Below are positions 35,580 to 45,798 of a stretch of 64,000 nucleotides of DNA, piece by piece. The number at the start of each line of letters is the position of its first letter. Position 1 is the first letter of the stretch. The notes beneath the pieces are model-generated. The model saw nothing but the letters and a program-made list of their open reading frames with translations. It did no database searches and was not told where the DNA came from. Source of the DNA: Candidatus Saccharimonadota bacterium (GTDB lineage Bacteria; Patescibacteriota; Saccharimonadia; Saccharimonadales; Saccharimonadaceae); NCBI GenBank assembly GCA_017437945.1, contig JAFRWP010000002.1, positions 1,272 to 65,271 of the forward strand. Direction: 5' to 3'. Position numbers and translations under genes: made by a program.

Positions 35580-36197
35580 GCCATCAACTTTACTGCGTTC
35601 TATTACTTCGCGTACATTCGCATTTGTTGGCGAGACGCCTTTTTTCTGCATTTGTTTGCCAATTTTGCGACCAATCATTGATTCTTCTTCGGAAAAAACA
35701 CAGCCACAATATTTTTGCATATATAATCCAACGCGTCGCGCTTCGTCTTGGCCTTCGCGCCAACCTTCGCGAAAATCGCGGTATACAAATTCCAATCCAT
35801 ATTCTGCAGCGAGTTCTTGCATCAACTTTGCGATAAAATCATGTTTCTGGTAGATGCTATATAGCAGCGTCGTTGAAATCGCATCAAAACCATTATTTTT
35901 CGCATACTCACAAGCTGCGCGTAAACGTTTTGGATAACAATAGTCAACGCAACGTGTAGTTAATTTGTCGGAAACATTTTTGCAGAATTCATCCAATCCA
36001 TATGCGTCGTCGAGCTGTAAATCTACGTTGACGGTTTTCGCATATTCAATCAAGCAATCACGTCGCGCTTTGTATTCTGCGTATGGATGAATATTTGGAT
36101 TAAACCAATACAATGTCGGCTCAATGCCTTCCGTGCGTAGGGACTTAATGCAATAAACACTGCAAGGCGCGCAGCATGTATGTAGTAATAATTTCAT
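35553..36197 (-). CDS. queH: epoxyqueuosine reductase QueH (DUF208)
   Basis: LLLHTCCAPCS and GLYMQKYCGC are the QueH cysteine motifs. A TGATATAAT box lies 6 nt before the ATG at 36197. Confidence 0.85.
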   Translation of the reverse strand: MKLLLHTCCAPCSVYCIKSLRTEGIEPTLYWFNPNIHPYAEYKARRDCLIEYAKTVNVDLQLDDAYGLDEFCKNVSDKLTTRCVDYCYPKRLRAACEYAKNNGFDAISTTLLYSIYQKHDFIAKLMQELAAEYGLEFVYRDFREGWREGQDEARRVGLYMQKYCGCVFSEEESMIGRKIGKQMQKKGVSPTNANVREVIERSKVDGLVRDTFDV

Positions 36198-36214
36198 GCC
36201 CACATTATATCAAT

Positions 36215-36249
36215 AAAAAATATCCCCCGCAGCCAGTGGGGGATATTTT
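36215..36249 (-). terminator. intrinsic terminator of the aquaporin-like gene
   Basis: A 9-bp stem, ATATCCCCC/GGGGGATAT, is flanked by A and T runs. Both neighbouring genes are on the minus strand. Confidence 0.8.
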
Positions 36250-36264
36250 GTTGTTTCCGTTTTA

Positions 36265-37284
36265 TTAGTTTGCGTATTCTTGGCCAGAAAGTTTGGAGGC
36301 GATATCGGAAAGATAGAAACCGATAATACCACCGATGATTGGGAAGATTACGTAAGTAACCATCATTGGCATGAGCGCGCCCATTAATGCATCGAAGCCT
36401 TCTGCGGTTGCTGGGAGCAAGCCATACATGAGGGCGGAAGCTGGATTCATAATGAATACGTTATCGCTTGGAATGCCAAGGTAGTTAGAGCTGATAATTA
36501 CTGCGAATACCATTGCAATAAATACGCCAGTACCTACAATCGCGGCAAATGTATAAACACCACGTTTGTAGTTAAGCGCACGTGCAAAGAAGAATGCAAG
36601 AATGATTGCGCCAGCAAATTCGAGCATCGTGATTGGCCAGAAGAAGCTAAAGCCTTCGGTCGTTGCTGCGAGATCACTTGCCGCAGTAAGGGCAGGAAGT
36701 GAAGTGGAGGCAGCATCGATATTACCAGAAGCAAGACCAGCTTGGTAGAAGCCGTTAACGATGATGAATGCGAACCATGCACCTAGAATCTGCGCAACGA
36801 TATATAGAATACCGCGGATTGCAGAAACGCGGCGGCTAGCCATCATACCAGCAGTAATGATTGGGTTGAGATGTGCGCCGGAAAGCTTAAATACGGCTGC
36901 GGTGACACCAATGTAACCAAAAATCATATAAAGTGGGTTGAATAAGCCGAGTGTTAATGCGATGCCGGTGATAAGACCAGTACCAACAATCTCAGCGATG
37001 ATAGCACCGATGATTTTTGTATCTTTAAAAATTGTTAAAATGTTTTCTTTTGAATCGCCTTTACGTGCGAAGAATTCTTTAACTGGATGTGACTTTTCCA
37101 CCTTGGACACAATTACAGTTTTTTCGGCTTCTACCTCGGACTTATCTGCTTTGGTAGTTACCTTTTTGGTAGTTTTGGCTGCGACAGACTTTGCTGTTTT
37201 GGCTTTAGCGCTTGCTGTTTTCGGCTTCACGGAAGCTTTCTTTGCAGCAGACTTTTTAGCCGTTTTAGGCTTACTAGTTGCCAT
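36265..37284 (-). CDS. MIP/aquaporin-family channel with a ~75-aa Lys/Ala-rich N-terminal extension
   Basis: SGAHLNPIIT (NPI in place of the first NPA) and MNPASAL (second NPA) are present in a 6-TM layout. AAGGAGGAG SD. Confidence 0.75.
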   Translation of the reverse strand: MATSKPKTAKKSAAKKASVKPKTASAKAKTAKSVAAKTTKKVTTKADKSEVEAEKTVIVSKVEKSHPVKEFFARKGDSKENILTIFKDTKIIGAIIAEIVGTGLITGIALTLGLFNPLYMIFGYIGVTAAVFKLSGAHLNPIITAGMMASRRVSAIRGILYIVAQILGAWFAFIIVNGFYQAGLASGNIDAASTSLPALTAASDLAATTEGFSFFWPITMLEFAGAIILAFFFARALNYKRGVYTFAAIVGTGVFIAMVFAVIISSNYLGIPSDNVFIMNPASALMYGLLPATAEGFDALMGALMPMMVTYVIFPIIGGIIGFYLSDIASKLSGQEYAN

Positions 37285-37356
37285 TTCTCCTCCTTTTAAA
37301 GAAATATATGTTTTTATATTAGCATAATAACTAAGAAAAATGCTACAATTTACCCT

Positions 37357-37599
37357 ATGGGAATTTTAGTTGAAAAAGACGAAGAAAAATCTCAATTACA
37401 AGAACGCATCGCGGCTGACTTACGCGAACGCGCATACCGCACATCGCAAAATGGCGGCGATGATGACGATGATGTGGATTTAGAAGAAGATTCTGTATAT
37501 ATAGAAGGCACGCACAAATCGCGTGGCTCTGCAATTTTCTGGATTGTTTTAGTAGTTTTGGCGTTAATTGCGCTTGGCATTATTTTCTTCTTGAAATAA
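37357..37599 (+). CDS. small acidic tail-anchored membrane protein (80 aa)
   Basis: A TGCTACAAT box lies 7 nt before the ATG. It has a poly-Asp stretch and one C-terminal TM helix. Confidence 0.5.
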   Translation: MGILVEKDEEKSQLQERIAADLRERAYRTSQNGGDDDDDVDLEEDSVYIEGTHKSRGSAIFWIVLVVLALIALGIIFFLK

Positions 37600-37655
37600 T
37601 TCTTAGATTTGCCGCTAGAATGGCAACCATATCTGTTTTTATATGGTAAAATAAT

Positions 37656-38624
37656 ATGTATATGTCAACAGTAGCGGAGTTAAAAGCTGAGCTCAAAAAG
37701 CTCAATGCTGAATATGCCAAAATCAAGGACGTGCCGGCCGAAAAACGTGCCGATTTTGGTAAAGAACTCAATACCAAAAAACAAGCGATTATGCAAAAGA
37801 TCGCTGATGCCGAAGCGGCGGCAGAAAATGATTCTGTATTGCCAATCGACATTACGGCCCCATGCGATATTAATGCTAAGCAACCAGAGTTTTTGACAGC
37901 AGATTTTGGTAGCAAGCATCCACTTATGACCGAACTTGATCGCGTCATTAGCATTTATCAAAGTATGGGTTTTGATATTATGGAATCTCGCCAGCTCGAC
38001 GATGAATTTCATATGTTTGACAGTCTCAACTTTGCCAAAGGTCATCCTGCTCGCGACGGTTATGATACTTTCCGTACCGAAGAAGGTTTTATCCCGCCTG
38101 CCCATACCAGCACGATGCAACATCGCGTTCTAAAAACTTACAAGCACAAATTGGACGAGGGCAGTGCAATCGCAGTAGCGGTTCCAGGTCGCGTTTATCG
38201 CAATGAAGACGTGGACGTTACGCACGAACATACATTTTATCAGTGCGAAGGCGTTTATGTTTCTAGAACTTGCACGCTCGGCAATATGCTTGGCATTCTC
38301 CGCGAATTCTTCGAAAAATATTACGGCCAAAAATTAAACATCAAAACTCAACCAGGATATTTCCCATTTACGGAACCATCACTTGAATTCTTAATCGAAA
38401 AGCCAAAAGTTCTTGGCGGCAAGGGCGGCGATTGGCTTGAAATGCTCGGTTGCGGCATGATTCATCCGAATGTCCTAAAAATGGCTGGCATCGACCCGAA
38501 CGAATATCAAGGCTTTGCGTGGGGTGGCGGCATCGATCGCCTCGTCATGCTACGTTACGGCCTTGGCGATGTCCGCTACTTTGAATCCGCGAAACTTGAT
38601 TTTCTTAAGGAGTTCACATGTTAA
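37656..38624 (+). CDS. pheS: phenylalanyl-tRNA synthetase alpha subunit
   Basis: Class II motifs are present (FRTEEGFIPPAHTS, GRVYRNE, GFAWGGGIDRL). The start may instead be the second ATG at 37662, given TGGTAAAAT at 37644-37652. Confidence 0.93.
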   Translation: MYMSTVAELKAELKKLNAEYAKIKDVPAEKRADFGKELNTKKQAIMQKIADAEAAAENDSVLPIDITAPCDINAKQPEFLTADFGSKHPLMTELDRVISIYQSMGFDIMESRQLDDEFHMFDSLNFAKGHPARDGYDTFRTEEGFIPPAHTSTMQHRVLKTYKHKLDEGSAIAVAVPGRVYRNEDVDVTHEHTFYQCEGVYVSRTCTLGNMLGILREFFEKYYGQKLNIKTQPGYFPFTEPSLEFLIEKPKVLGGKGGDWLEMLGCGMIHPNVLKMAGIDPNEYQGFAWGGGIDRLVMLRYGLGDVRYFESAKLDFLKEFTC

Positions 38625-41056
38625 TTTCATTAAATTGGCTTAAACGCGGCCTTGACGAAATAACCATTTCTGACGACGAATTAATTCGTTTAATTGGTGC
38701 TCGTCTCGTTGAGGTTGAAGATGTTTATGATCAGACCAAAAAATACGAAAAAATTTACGCCGTAAAAGTGATTTCTGCCGAACCAATTGATGGCACTCAT
38801 CTTTCACTTTGCAAAATCGATGATGGTGGCGTTGCTGATAAAGTCGAGCGTGATAAAGACGGCTACATTCAAGTCATGTGTGGTGCGCCAAATGTTCATG
38901 AAGGCATGTATGCAGTTTGGATTGCTCCGGGCGCAATTGTTCCTTCGACTTTTGGCACCAATGAGCCGTTCGAGATCGGCATGCGTAAAATGCTTAAAAA
39001 ATATGACAGCTACGGCATGATGGCTGGTGCTGACGAGCTCGATTTTGGTGATGACCATACCGGTATTGTTGAATTGAATCCGGCCGAGGTTCATCATCCA
39101 GGTGAATGCATTTTCCACCTATTCTTAGATTTGCGCGACAAAATTCTTGATATCGAGAACAAATCTCTCACGCATCGCCCAGATACTTTTGGTATTCTTG
39201 GTTTCCGCCGTGAGGTAGCTGGTATTTTGGGGCAAAAACATATTTCTCCAGACTGGCTGATGGATCCAGAGCCAAATTTCGACAATGATCCTTCTATCAA
39301 ACTCGACATCAAAATTGATGAAGAGCTTTGCCCGCGCTACACGGCAATCGTGCTAGAAGTAAAACCAGACTGGCCGAAGAAATACCTAAACAATAACGAT
39401 ACATTATTGGCTCGTTCCGGCATGCGACCAATCGATCCGATTGTTGATTTAACAAATATTTGCATGCTCGGTTTCGGACAACCACTTCATGCGTTTGATT
39501 ACGATAAATTTGTCAAAGTTGGTGGCACTAATACGCCAAAAATTATTGTCCGTGCAGCCAAAAAAGACGAAAAACTTACGCTGCTGGATGGTAATGAGAT
39601 TACGATGAATCCTGACGATATTGTGATTACGAGCAACGATGTTCCAGTCGCTCTCGCTGGTGCTATGGGCGGCGCCAATACGGCCATCGACAAAGATACG
39701 AAGCGCGTCATTCTCGAATCGGCAACCTTCAGCCTTTATAATCTCCGTAAAACTCAGATGGCGCATGGCATCTTCTCGGAAGCCATTACCCGCTTTACAA
39801 AAGGCCAACCAACCGGACAGACCCTTCCAGTCGCACTTCGTTTTACTGAATCGGCTGCACCATATTTGAAGCCTCTCGCATTGTTTGATAGTCAAACCGA
39901 AGAGCCTGCTCCGATTAAAGTAAATTTGTCGCTTTCGCAAATCAATGGTTTGCTTGGTACTAATTTCTCCGATGAAGAAGTTAAGCAAATCCTTGAAAAC
40001 GTCGAATTTTCAGTCAAACTTGGCGAGCATATTACTGTAACCGTACCATTCTGGCGCACCGATATTCACATTCCAGAAGATGTAATTGAGGAAGTGGGAC
40101 GTTTATCCGGTTTCGATAATATCAAACCAGTTTTGCCGCTCCATGCTACTTCTGATCCGAATCCTATGTTCGGACTCAAAACGCAAATTCGCAACCACTT
40201 GGCTGCTTGCGGCGCAAATGAAGTACTAACCTACTCGTTTGTCCATGGCGATCTCATGAAGAAAGTCGGACAAAATCCAGATAATTCATACAAAATCGTC
40301 AATTCGATTTCGCCAGAACTTCAACATATTCGCCAGACGATTGTGCCAAGTCTACTAGACAAGACATATGGCAATATTCGCGCTGGCCACGATAAGTTTG
40401 CGTTATTTGAAATGAATCAAGTCTATCCACGCACGAATGGTATGGATCAGGACGGTGTTCCGGAGAATAATTATAATCTCGGCTTCGTATATGCAGACGC
40501 TGGCAACAAAACGAATTATTATACAGCTAAGAAATATCTTGAAAACCTACTTCAAGCCCTAGGCGTTAGCTACGAGCTAAAAGCATTTGAAGCAGCCAAA
40601 GACGAGACGAACGCATATTATGAGCCAAAACGTTCAGCCACAATTTATGCCGACAATCAAGTTATTGGATATATTGGCGAGATAAAAGGTCATGTCGTTC
40701 GCGAATTCAAACTTGCCGTGGGCACGGCCGCATTTGAGCTCGACCTGAAGCTGATTCTTGAAAAGGCGGAGGGTGCAATGCACAAAGATTTCCGCGTCAG
40801 TCAGTATCCATCTGTATCTCGCGATGTTACTTTGACTGTTCCGCTTGAAACTGAATACATTTCGCTTGAAAAACAAATCCGTGGATTGTTTGAGCTTCGC
40901 AACTATATTTATAAACTAAATTGCACTTCTATTTACCAAGCCGATGGCGCTAAAACCAAAAACGTTAGCTTCCATCTTGATTTCGCTAATCCAAATAAAA
41001 CTTTGGAGAAAGACGAAATTAACGTTATAATGGCAGAAGTGGAATCTATTAAGTAA
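38618..41056 (+). CDS. pheT: phenylalanyl-tRNA synthetase beta subunit
   Basis: 812 aa with B3/4, B5 and FDX-ACB regions recognisable. It overlaps pheS by 7 nt behind an AAGGAG SD. Confidence 0.93.
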   Translation: MLISLNWLKRGLDEITISDDELIRLIGARLVEVEDVYDQTKKYEKIYAVKVISAEPIDGTHLSLCKIDDGGVADKVERDKDGYIQVMCGAPNVHEGMYAVWIAPGAIVPSTFGTNEPFEIGMRKMLKKYDSYGMMAGADELDFGDDHTGIVELNPAEVHHPGECIFHLFLDLRDKILDIENKSLTHRPDTFGILGFRREVAGILGQKHISPDWLMDPEPNFDNDPSIKLDIKIDEELCPRYTAIVLEVKPDWPKKYLNNNDTLLARSGMRPIDPIVDLTNICMLGFGQPLHAFDYDKFVKVGGTNTPKIIVRAAKKDEKLTLLDGNEITMNPDDIVITSNDVPVALAGAMGGANTAIDKDTKRVILESATFSLYNLRKTQMAHGIFSEAITRFTKGQPTGQTLPVALRFTESAAPYLKPLALFDSQTEEPAPIKVNLSLSQINGLLGTNFSDEEVKQILENVEFSVKLGEHITVTVPFWRTDIHIPEDVIEEVGRLSGFDNIKPVLPLHATSDPNPMFGLKTQIRNHLAACGANEVLTYSFVHGDLMKKVGQNPDNSYKIVNSISPELQHIRQTIVPSLLDKTYGNIRAGHDKFALFEMNQVYPRTNGMDQDGVPENNYNLGFVYADAGNKTNYYTAKKYLENLLQALGVSYELKAFEAAKDETNAYYEPKRSATIYADNQVIGYIGEIKGHVVREFKLAVGTAAFELDLKLILEKAEGAMHKDFRVSQYPSVSRDVTLTVPLETEYISLEKQIRGLFELRNYIYKLNCTSIYQADGAKTKNVSFHLDFANPNKTLEKDEINVIMAEVESIK

Positions 41057-41078
41057 CTGGGTGGCAATTGGAGGTAAT

Positions 41079-41801
41079 ATGATACAAAATGAAGAAAAAA
41101 AGACGTCACCAAAGCAGCGTATTATTATAATTTTGATTGCTATTTTTATGCTTGGATCAACCTTTGCGCTATATGCAGGGATTGTTTTGAATTACAGCAA
41201 CAATAACGATCAAACTATCTCAAAAACAGAGAAGCAGGCTCGCTTCGAAGAGCTATATGATGAGTATGAAAAGCAAATCGATGCTCAGGCCGCTGAATTG
41301 TCGAGCAAATATTTCGAAGAATTTTCACAATATAAAAATCGCGTAAGAAGCTTCAACCGTGAAGGCGTAGATCTACTCAAAGTCAATGATCTCAAAGTTG
41401 GCACCGGCCGCGAAATTGAGTCCGCTGAAGATACTGACTATGCCGCATATTACATCGGTTGGATTTCCGACGAGACGGTCTTCGATTCGTCATTTGATAA
41501 CATTAGCAACCCAACCGCACTTAAAGAACCACTCTTTGGTTCAACTAGTATGATTCAGGGCTGGCTAGACGGTATAGCCCGCTCCACTGAGGATGATGGC
41601 ACTGTTAACTGGTCTGGTATGCGCATCGGTGGCGTTCGCGAAATTACCATTCCGTCTGCTTTAGCTTACGGCGAGACGGAACAGGGGGATATTCCGGCGA
41701 ATAGCCCACTCAAATTCGTTGTGATGTTGATCGAGAAGCCAACCGAAATTGAACCATCGGAAGAACTCTCGCGGCTCTATGACGAATTGATGAATATGTA
41801 A
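41079..41801 (+). CDS. membrane-anchored FKBP-type peptidyl-prolyl cis-trans isomerase
   Basis: An N-terminal TM helix is followed by an FKBP core (YYIGWISDETVFDSSFD, GWLDGI, GGVREITIPSALAYG). I take the ATG at 41079, behind GGAGG. Confidence 0.8.
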   Translation: MIQNEEKKTSPKQRIIIILIAIFMLGSTFALYAGIVLNYSNNNDQTISKTEKQARFEELYDEYEKQIDAQAAELSSKYFEEFSQYKNRVRSFNREGVDLLKVNDLKVGTGREIESAEDTDYAAYYIGWISDETVFDSSFDNISNPTALKEPLFGSTSMIQGWLDGIARSTEDDGTVNWSGMRIGGVREITIPSALAYGETEQGDIPANSPLKFVVMLIEKPTEIEPSEELSRLYDELMNM

Positions 41802-41805
41802 TTGT

Positions 41806-43158
41806 ATGGAACAAAACTTTTTCTTCTACGACCTCGAAACATCGGGGTTAAATCCGCGCACTGACCGCATCATGCAGTTTGCGGGGTGGCGTACCGATAT
41901 GGATTTAAATCCAATCGGCGATCCAGTTAATCTACTCGTCAAAATGAACGAGGATACGCTGCCGAGCCCTTATGCGGTGATGGTTACAAAAATCACGCCG
42001 CAATCAACCCTGCAAGATGGATTTACGGAAGCAGAGTTTTGCAAATACATAACTGATGAAATCTTTACCCCTGGAACCATTGCGGTAGGTTTTAATTCCG
42101 TTCGTTTTGATGATGAGTTTATGCGCAACATTTTTTGGCGCTGTTTTTACGATCCTTATGAGTGGCAATGGAAAGATGGACGTAGCAAGTGGGACTTGCT
42201 CGACGTTGTCCGCATGACGCGCGCACTGCGTCCGGAAGGCATTAATTGGCCATTCACGCCTGACGGTAAAGCCACGAATCGTCTCGAACTCATGACGAAA
42301 GAGAATAATATCGCCCACGAGCATGCCCATGATGCGTTATCGGATGTTGAGGCGCTTATTTCGGTTACTCGGCTAATTAAAGAAAAACAGCCGCAATTAT
42401 ATAATTGGTTATTTAAGCTACGCGATAAGAAAGCCGTTCAACAACTAGTAAACCTAGAAAAACCGGCCCCGTTTGTCTATTCTTCTGGCCGCTATGAGAG
42501 TGAATATAACAAAACTACCGTTGCTTATCCTATCGCCCCAGCCAAAAACGGCAATGTGCTCGTATTTGATTTGCGCTACAACCTTGATGAACTTCTTGCG
42601 CAGGAAGAGCCGAAATTTTTCCCGGTCGTAAAAGAAATGAAATATAATCACTGTCCTGCCGTCGCGCCATTGGGTGTGTTGGAGCAGGGAGATGGCTGGC
42701 AAAAAATAGGTCTCGATAAAACTCAGATAGAGAAGAATCTGAAAGTATTACTTGCTCATCCTGATTTTATTGAACAAATGCGAACCGAAAACGAAGAAAG
42801 GGAAGAGTTCCCGCCGGCCGTTGATCCGGAATCGGCATTATACGATGGTTTTCTAGATAATAACGATAAAACTCGTTGTGCGGCGGTCCGAAAAGCTTCC
42901 TTAAACGACCTCGCTGACTTCCATCCAGATTTTCACGATCCGCGTTTGCCTGATTTATTGTTGCATTATAAAGCGCGTAACTTTGAACGCGCGTTGACGG
43001 AATCAGAACGATCGAAGTGGGAAGAATATCGTATGGGGCGTATTAAAGCTATGCAGAACCAATATATTCGCGACATACAACGACTTGCCGCTGAAGGCAA
43101 AGACTCGTTCATACTTGAAGAGCTACAGCTTTGGTATCAATCCATATTGCCTTATTAA
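41806..43158 (+). CDS. sbcB: exodeoxyribonuclease I
   Basis: FFFYDLETSGL, NSVRFDDEFMRNIFWRCFYDPYEW, RPEGINWP and HYKARNF mirror E. coli SbcB blocks. Confidence 0.9.
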   Translation: MEQNFFFYDLETSGLNPRTDRIMQFAGWRTDMDLNPIGDPVNLLVKMNEDTLPSPYAVMVTKITPQSTLQDGFTEAEFCKYITDEIFTPGTIAVGFNSVRFDDEFMRNIFWRCFYDPYEWQWKDGRSKWDLLDVVRMTRALRPEGINWPFTPDGKATNRLELMTKENNIAHEHAHDALSDVEALISVTRLIKEKQPQLYNWLFKLRDKKAVQQLVNLEKPAPFVYSSGRYESEYNKTTVAYPIAPAKNGNVLVFDLRYNLDELLAQEEPKFFPVVKEMKYNHCPAVAPLGVLEQGDGWQKIGLDKTQIEKNLKVLLAHPDFIEQMRTENEEREEFPPAVDPESALYDGFLDNNDKTRCAAVRKASLNDLADFHPDFHDPRLPDLLLHYKARNFERALTESERSKWEEYRMGRIKAMQNQYIRDIQRLAAEGKDSFILEELQLWYQSILPY

Positions 43159-43221
43159 AAAGTTGCAAAAAACAAAACGCTAAAGTTTTCATTCGTGGCT
43201 TACGGCCGGTATAATTAATGT

Positions 43222-45069
43222 ATGCAATTGCTGATTGGTATAAACACGCTGAGGTTTTTTGCGATTATATTAATCATCATTTACCATCTCTTCAAAACCA
43301 TTCTTCCGGGCGGTTTTATAGCTGTAGAAATCTTCTTTACGATTTCAGGTTTTCTGATTTTTTCGAAACTAGTGAACGAATTTGCCACTAACGGAAAAAT
43401 TAAATATTGGAATTTTGTTCGCAGGCGTCTTGCGCGCTTATTGCCTGGATTAATTGCTTGTATTTTACTAACTCTATTCCTCAGCTTTTTAGTGAATCCG
43501 GATGTAGTGGCGGGGATGAGGTTGAATGCTTTATCTGCACTCACTTTCACGACTAATATCAAAGAACTTATTACGGGTGGCGCTTATGAGAATACAATTG
43601 CGCCGAATTTATTTGAACACACTTGGTTCTTGGCGCTAGAGATGCAATTTTATCTTATTGCGCCAATTATCGTGTCATTAATTATGGGTTCAGCTAAAAA
43701 GACGCGCACAGGAGCCAAAATACTTCTGGGCGTTCTGGCGGCGTTAGGTGTTTTCTCGGCAGCATTAATGGCTATTTACGGCGGCGTATTTAATATGCAA
43801 GATCGTGCATACTTCGCAATCGACTCGCACTTATTTGCCTTTTGCCTAGGAGGCGTGTTGGCCGTATTTAGTTATCTCGTACCTCGTACTCCGCGCACCA
43901 AAAAGTCGATTCCTGCGATTGATGTAATTGCCGGTTTAGTGATCATTACGATTTTGGCGGCCAAGCTTACTTTTAGCGATCCGTTGACGTATATTTTTGG
44001 ATTGTCGTTTGTGGGGGTATTAACGACCATGATACTGTTCTGCATTATTAAGCTTCAGCCAAATGCGCACGTTCGCTATCGCTCAAATACTAATGTAGCA
44101 ATACGTATTACGGAAAAACTTGGTGCCTACTCTTATGGATTGTATTTATTCCATTGGCCGCTGTATCTCCTATTCCCAAACATTCTGCCGTATAATTTTG
44201 AGCCATGTATTGCTATAGCACTTACTATAGTAATCAGCGTTCTGGCGACACATTTTGTTTTAAAGTATCTTGATGCAAATAGAATTCAAGCAAGATTCTT
44301 AAAATCATCAAAGTATCGTAGCGCCGTTGCCGTAATTGGTTTTATATTGCTCATACCAGCTGCATTAGCATTGGTTCGAGCCCCAAAAGTTTCCAGTATT
44401 TCCGAACAACTAAGTTCAATCATGGAGCAAGAGGGTGAGCAATTAGTCGCGGCGAGCGTGGACTACATCGGCGCCGCTGATGCGCTAGCTCAGACACGTA
44501 AAGCATTGATATATCAATTAGACATCGAGGCTAATCATAACGCTCCTGCGGCTCCACAGGACGCGTCGCGCGCAGCATCTAGTGCCAGTACAGCACAAGT
44601 ACTAGTAATCGGAGATTCTGTCACTCTTGGAGCTAAGCCGGCCCTAGAATCGACTATTAGTAGCGCTTACGTCGATGCCGTCGAGTCGCGCGGCATTTGG
44701 GCGGCCAGGAATATTTTGGCGAATTATGCCGCTGCAGGACGCCTACCGGACGTAATCGTAATTAGTCTTATCACGAACGAATATCCAATTAGTGATAGTC
44801 TGCTACAGGGCATAGTTGATGTGGCTGGGCCTGGACACTACTTTGTATTTGTCACCGGATACGCTGGCCCTAAGCAGCCCCGTGAAAGCCAAAATGCCAT
44901 TCTAAAAAACTATGTCAACCACCATGATCGAATATATCTCGCCGATTGGTGGGAGATATCTCACAATAACTGGTCGCTTATGTATGCTGATCATATTCAT
45001 CTAAACCCAGAAGGTCGTGCCGCTTATGCTAGATTAATCAACGATGTTATCAGGAGTATTAGAAGATGA
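43222..45069 (+). CDS. acyltransferase-3 family membrane O-acyltransferase fused to an SGNH hydrolase domain (OatA/OafA-like)
   Basis: The N-terminal half is a ~10-TM AT3 domain. The C-terminal half has VLVIGDSV (the GDS block) and DHIHLN (the DxxH block). Confidence 0.8.
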   Translation: MQLLIGINTLRFFAIILIIIYHLFKTILPGGFIAVEIFFTISGFLIFSKLVNEFATNGKIKYWNFVRRRLARLLPGLIACILLTLFLSFLVNPDVVAGMRLNALSALTFTTNIKELITGGAYENTIAPNLFEHTWFLALEMQFYLIAPIIVSLIMGSAKKTRTGAKILLGVLAALGVFSAALMAIYGGVFNMQDRAYFAIDSHLFAFCLGGVLAVFSYLVPRTPRTKKSIPAIDVIAGLVIITILAAKLTFSDPLTYIFGLSFVGVLTTMILFCIIKLQPNAHVRYRSNTNVAIRITEKLGAYSYGLYLFHWPLYLLFPNILPYNFEPCIAIALTIVISVLATHFVLKYLDANRIQARFLKSSKYRSAVAVIGFILLIPAALALVRAPKVSSISEQLSSIMEQEGEQLVAASVDYIGAADALAQTRKALIYQLDIEANHNAPAAPQDASRAASSASTAQVLVIGDSVTLGAKPALESTISSAYVDAVESRGIWAARNILANYAAAGRLPDVIVISLITNEYPISDSLLQGIVDVAGPGHYFVFVTGYAGPKQPRESQNAILKNYVNHHDRIYLADWWEISHNNWSLMYADHIHLNPEGRAAYARLINDVIRSIRR

Positions 45070-45791
45070 ATAACTCCAAGCGTGTAATAAAATATCGCAT
45101 CTTAGTTATAGGTTTAGTGCTATTATTCTTGGTGGTCGAGTCGATAATTCTAAACTATGCCAAATTTGAATACGATCATGAGCAAAGTAGATATACCGCC
45201 GAAGAATTATCGATTAAACTATCAATGATTAGTCTAGCCCTGCAATCTGGCGATAAGGCTGCATATACTCAGGCGGTTTCCGATTATCGCTCAAATCTTG
45301 ATGTGTTTGAAAAGAATCATTACATTAAAGTAAAAGCCTCAGATTTGCTGCATCGCCTCAAAGATTACAGCGGAATCCTTCTGGAGGATTCTGAATTCAT
45401 TACAAAATTAATGGAACTTCGCATGGCTATAGCGACCATCTCGAATGTGTCTATTGCTGCCCAGTCTGAAGAGATTGACGCTATTAAGGTATATGATATT
45501 GTCCAAAATTACACGAATTTCCGCAATGGTCTTGAGAACTTCGAGGCGCCAGAGCTTGCCGAACTTGTTAAGACTCTTACAGCCATGAGCAACGATGTCA
45601 TTCAGGTAGCAGAAAAATCGGCAGTTTGTATTAGCATCTGTCCAGACTCAACTTTATCGGAAAAACAGAAGGCTATCGAAGATGTAGCTTCTCGCTACAG
45701 TGACGACCTAGCAAAACTTAGCGCTGCCGCCTCTGAAAAGTACAACCCTAATCAATTAATTCTCGACTTGAATAGCTACAGCGGGCTATAA
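45066..45791 (+). CDS. hypothetical membrane-anchored helical protein
   Basis: It overlaps the acyltransferase gene as ATGA. One N-terminal TM helix is followed by a helical ectodomain. Confidence 0.5.
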   Translation: MNNSKRVIKYRILVIGLVLLFLVVESIILNYAKFEYDHEQSRYTAEELSIKLSMISLALQSGDKAAYTQAVSDYRSNLDVFEKNHYIKVKASDLLHRLKDYSGILLEDSEFITKLMELRMAIATISNVSIAAQSEEIDAIKVYDIVQNYTNFRNGLENFEAPELAELVKTLTAMSNDVIQVAEKSAVCISICPDSTLSEKQKAIEDVASRYSDDLAKLSAAASEKYNPNQLILDLNSYSGL

Positions 45792-45798
45792 TAAAGTT

